Source: Phoronis australis (Eukaryota > Animalia > Phoronida). From it: a DNA stretch of 64,000 nucleotides. A program made the position numbers and the translations under genes. Where the stretch lies: positions 62,001 through 126,000 of the forward strand of contig NMRA01000267.1 in the NCBI GenBank assembly GCA_002633005.1, read 5' to 3'. The notes under the pieces are model-generated. The model did no database searches, was not told where the DNA came from, and saw nothing but the letters and a program-made list of their open reading frames with translations. Positions 61,846 to 64,000 of this stretch are shown here, piece by piece. The number at the start of each line of letters is the position of its first letter. Position 1 is the stretch's first letter.

Positions 61846-64000
61846 GTGAGTTCATTTTAGTTTTGTCGTTAATGGGACATAATCTGTTTGACATCCAAAA
61901 ATGCATTTTTGGGGATTGTTGTTGGATGGGATAGATTTCGTGAAGTTATTGGCTTTGAACAGAGGTGTAAAACACTAAAATTTGTTGTTTTTGTGATTTC
62001 ATTGGAAATCGCCAATTCGTGCCTTTGTCTACCACACATTTGCTGTGACTTTACCAGTTCAGTAGGCTGTAAATATTATGCCATGTTTTGAGTGTGGTTT
62101 AGTTCCGCCAACATGGTGTTCGTATTTTATTAAATTTTAACAGTTGTGAGTTGTTCACCAGACTAGTTTTATGTTCTTAACTAATGATTAAGGAAACAGT
62201 ATTGTCAATGCAGTTATGTGTAGTTGCTCACTATGAGCATACTGTTGAGTCGAGTCCAACAGTTTACCATTCCTCTGCTCTCCGTGCTGTCGTTTCGTAT
62301 GCTAATATTACTCTGCTCACTAAGCTGGCCATCGACAACAATAGTTTTGTTGGGCACTTTTGACTGGAAAGTCATTTCTTGTCACAGTTGTGTCTATGGC
62401 AACCAGTTAAAACAGTGCTTAGGTTGAGTTATCCAGTCATGTAGAAAAGATTAATAGTTACTCACTTTGTGAAAAGATAGCTAGGAATGGTCTTTGTATC
62501 TGTTGATGTTGTACAATTGTACAAAAACCAAAGGAGGTAATCGCCATTTATGTGTCAACTGGACTAATTATATTGCATCTCAGTTGTGGGTTGAGTGGTC
62601 TCATTTTTGGCAGTATTTCACACAGATGTCTGTATACTGTATAAATTCAACCATATGTGATCGGCCCATATTGCTGCTGCGAACTCTATTAGGGTGAGGC
62701 AGCACATAATAGACACAAGTATAAGCTGGAGTTTGTTAGCTTATACCCTTCTGAGAGTTGAATATTTTGATATTGGTGGTGCATATATTTAGAATTTGGC
62801 CATCAACTTTGATGTGTAGCTCTGGTTAATATGTCTAGCAGACTGAACTGAAAATGGAGGTAGTCTTAACTAAAGTTGACCTGGCTAAAAATCTGGGTTA
62901 ACCTTGCTGCCTCTTTAGGATGAGGTAATATTGAATAAGATGGATCACTGTAGATAAGAACACCACTGCTTTGGCAGCTGTTGTGGTATCTTTATGGTGA
63001 TGTGGTGTTGTTATTCAAGTTCCTGGTTTGAGTTCAAGAAGTAGTACACTAAAATGGTCACGTAGTTAGTCTATGCTAGCTTGTTGTTAGTTTACTCGTA
63101 AAATGCTGTTTTGTTTAGAGTTCAATTTTTTGTATTTAAGTTTCAGAAGATTTTTGTTTAGAATTGTTGACTTGTTATTACAGCATCGTTGAGAAGAGTG
63201 TTGTTTTGTTTTTGGATGTCATGTGCGAATATTTTTCACAGACTCCGCTAGTGAAGTAGGAGATGGCTGTGTTATGTTACAGAGCCTACACTGTATTGTA
63301 CAGATGATATATGAGAGATTTACTTGGCTGATGGCCTTGGTAATGTTTTGCAAACAAACTTGATCTAGTATTAGTGTGTGTTGTTTGGGGTGAAAAGGTG
63401 AACAAGTACTTTATATTAGATATAGTTTGCTTTTGTAATTGGCAGAACAGTGGAAATGTCATTCAATGAATCTTGTTGGTCAGTGAATTATCTCTTAATG
63501 CAAATGTCTTTGTGTTGTGTTGTGTTCTTCGTGGTTCAAGTCAAATGGACTTCTGGCAGTTGTCCCTATGTTAATCGTAATGGGATTAAACACTGAGGAT
63601 TGTACTCTTTGTTTTGAGCGCAGATCATGCTACTGATAAAGCTATATCTGTGTAATAATTGTACCCTGTGGACATAAACTGTATTAGACTCACCATCGTT
63701 ACCTATCTCTTTATGGCGTGAACAAAAGATGGCACTAGCGACTATTTCATACTAGTGTTGTGTTACTGTACATAGAAACCCTTTCTGCAGATCGTCTTTA
63801 CTTTATTTCCTAATGAAAGTGAAGCCATGTTGGTCATGGTGACACTAACTTGGCTTGCTGTAGCTATTTTGAAGACATCATTAGGTTATTTTTGACTTAC
63901 AGCAGCTGTCGATTTAATTTATCAACTGGAGCTTTAGTTATGACCAACATCACTTCCCTGATTTTAAAGTCTGTGATTCTTCATGAGGATAATCCTGTTT

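Overview
AT-rich, intron-rich animal genomic DNA, probably a draft scaffold from a heterozygous invertebrate (species not determinable). Four protein-coding genes form two head-to-head pairs. (1) A signal-peptide gene on the minus strand (first coding exon 5617-5812, weakly prominin-like) is divergent from (2) a complete 12-exon MAP2K4/MKK4 (+, 6418-18884, 377 aa). (3) A complete 3-exon MRPL53 (-, 29746-32395, 123 aa) is divergent from (4) a CLK/LAMMER (Doa-like) kinase (+, coding exons 40513-61845, continuing beyond the window). A full-length but defective Ty1/Copia LTR retrotransposon (25510-29522) lies just downstream of the MRPL53 stop. Introns hold MITEs, tRNA-derived SINE remnants, Helentron/HINE-like termini and a Penelope-type inverted repeat with two minimal hammerhead ribozyme motifs. 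Four near-identical duplications, each around a single N (including a second copy of MAP2K4 exons 11-12), are best explained as uncollapsed alleles. I see no convincing wholly new biological system. The most notable signals are the vertebrate-like CLK exon-4 skip/truncation switch with a 282-nt AG-free zone, the hammerhead hairpin, and the Copia LTR that may polyadenylate MRPL53. All coordinates were read by hand.
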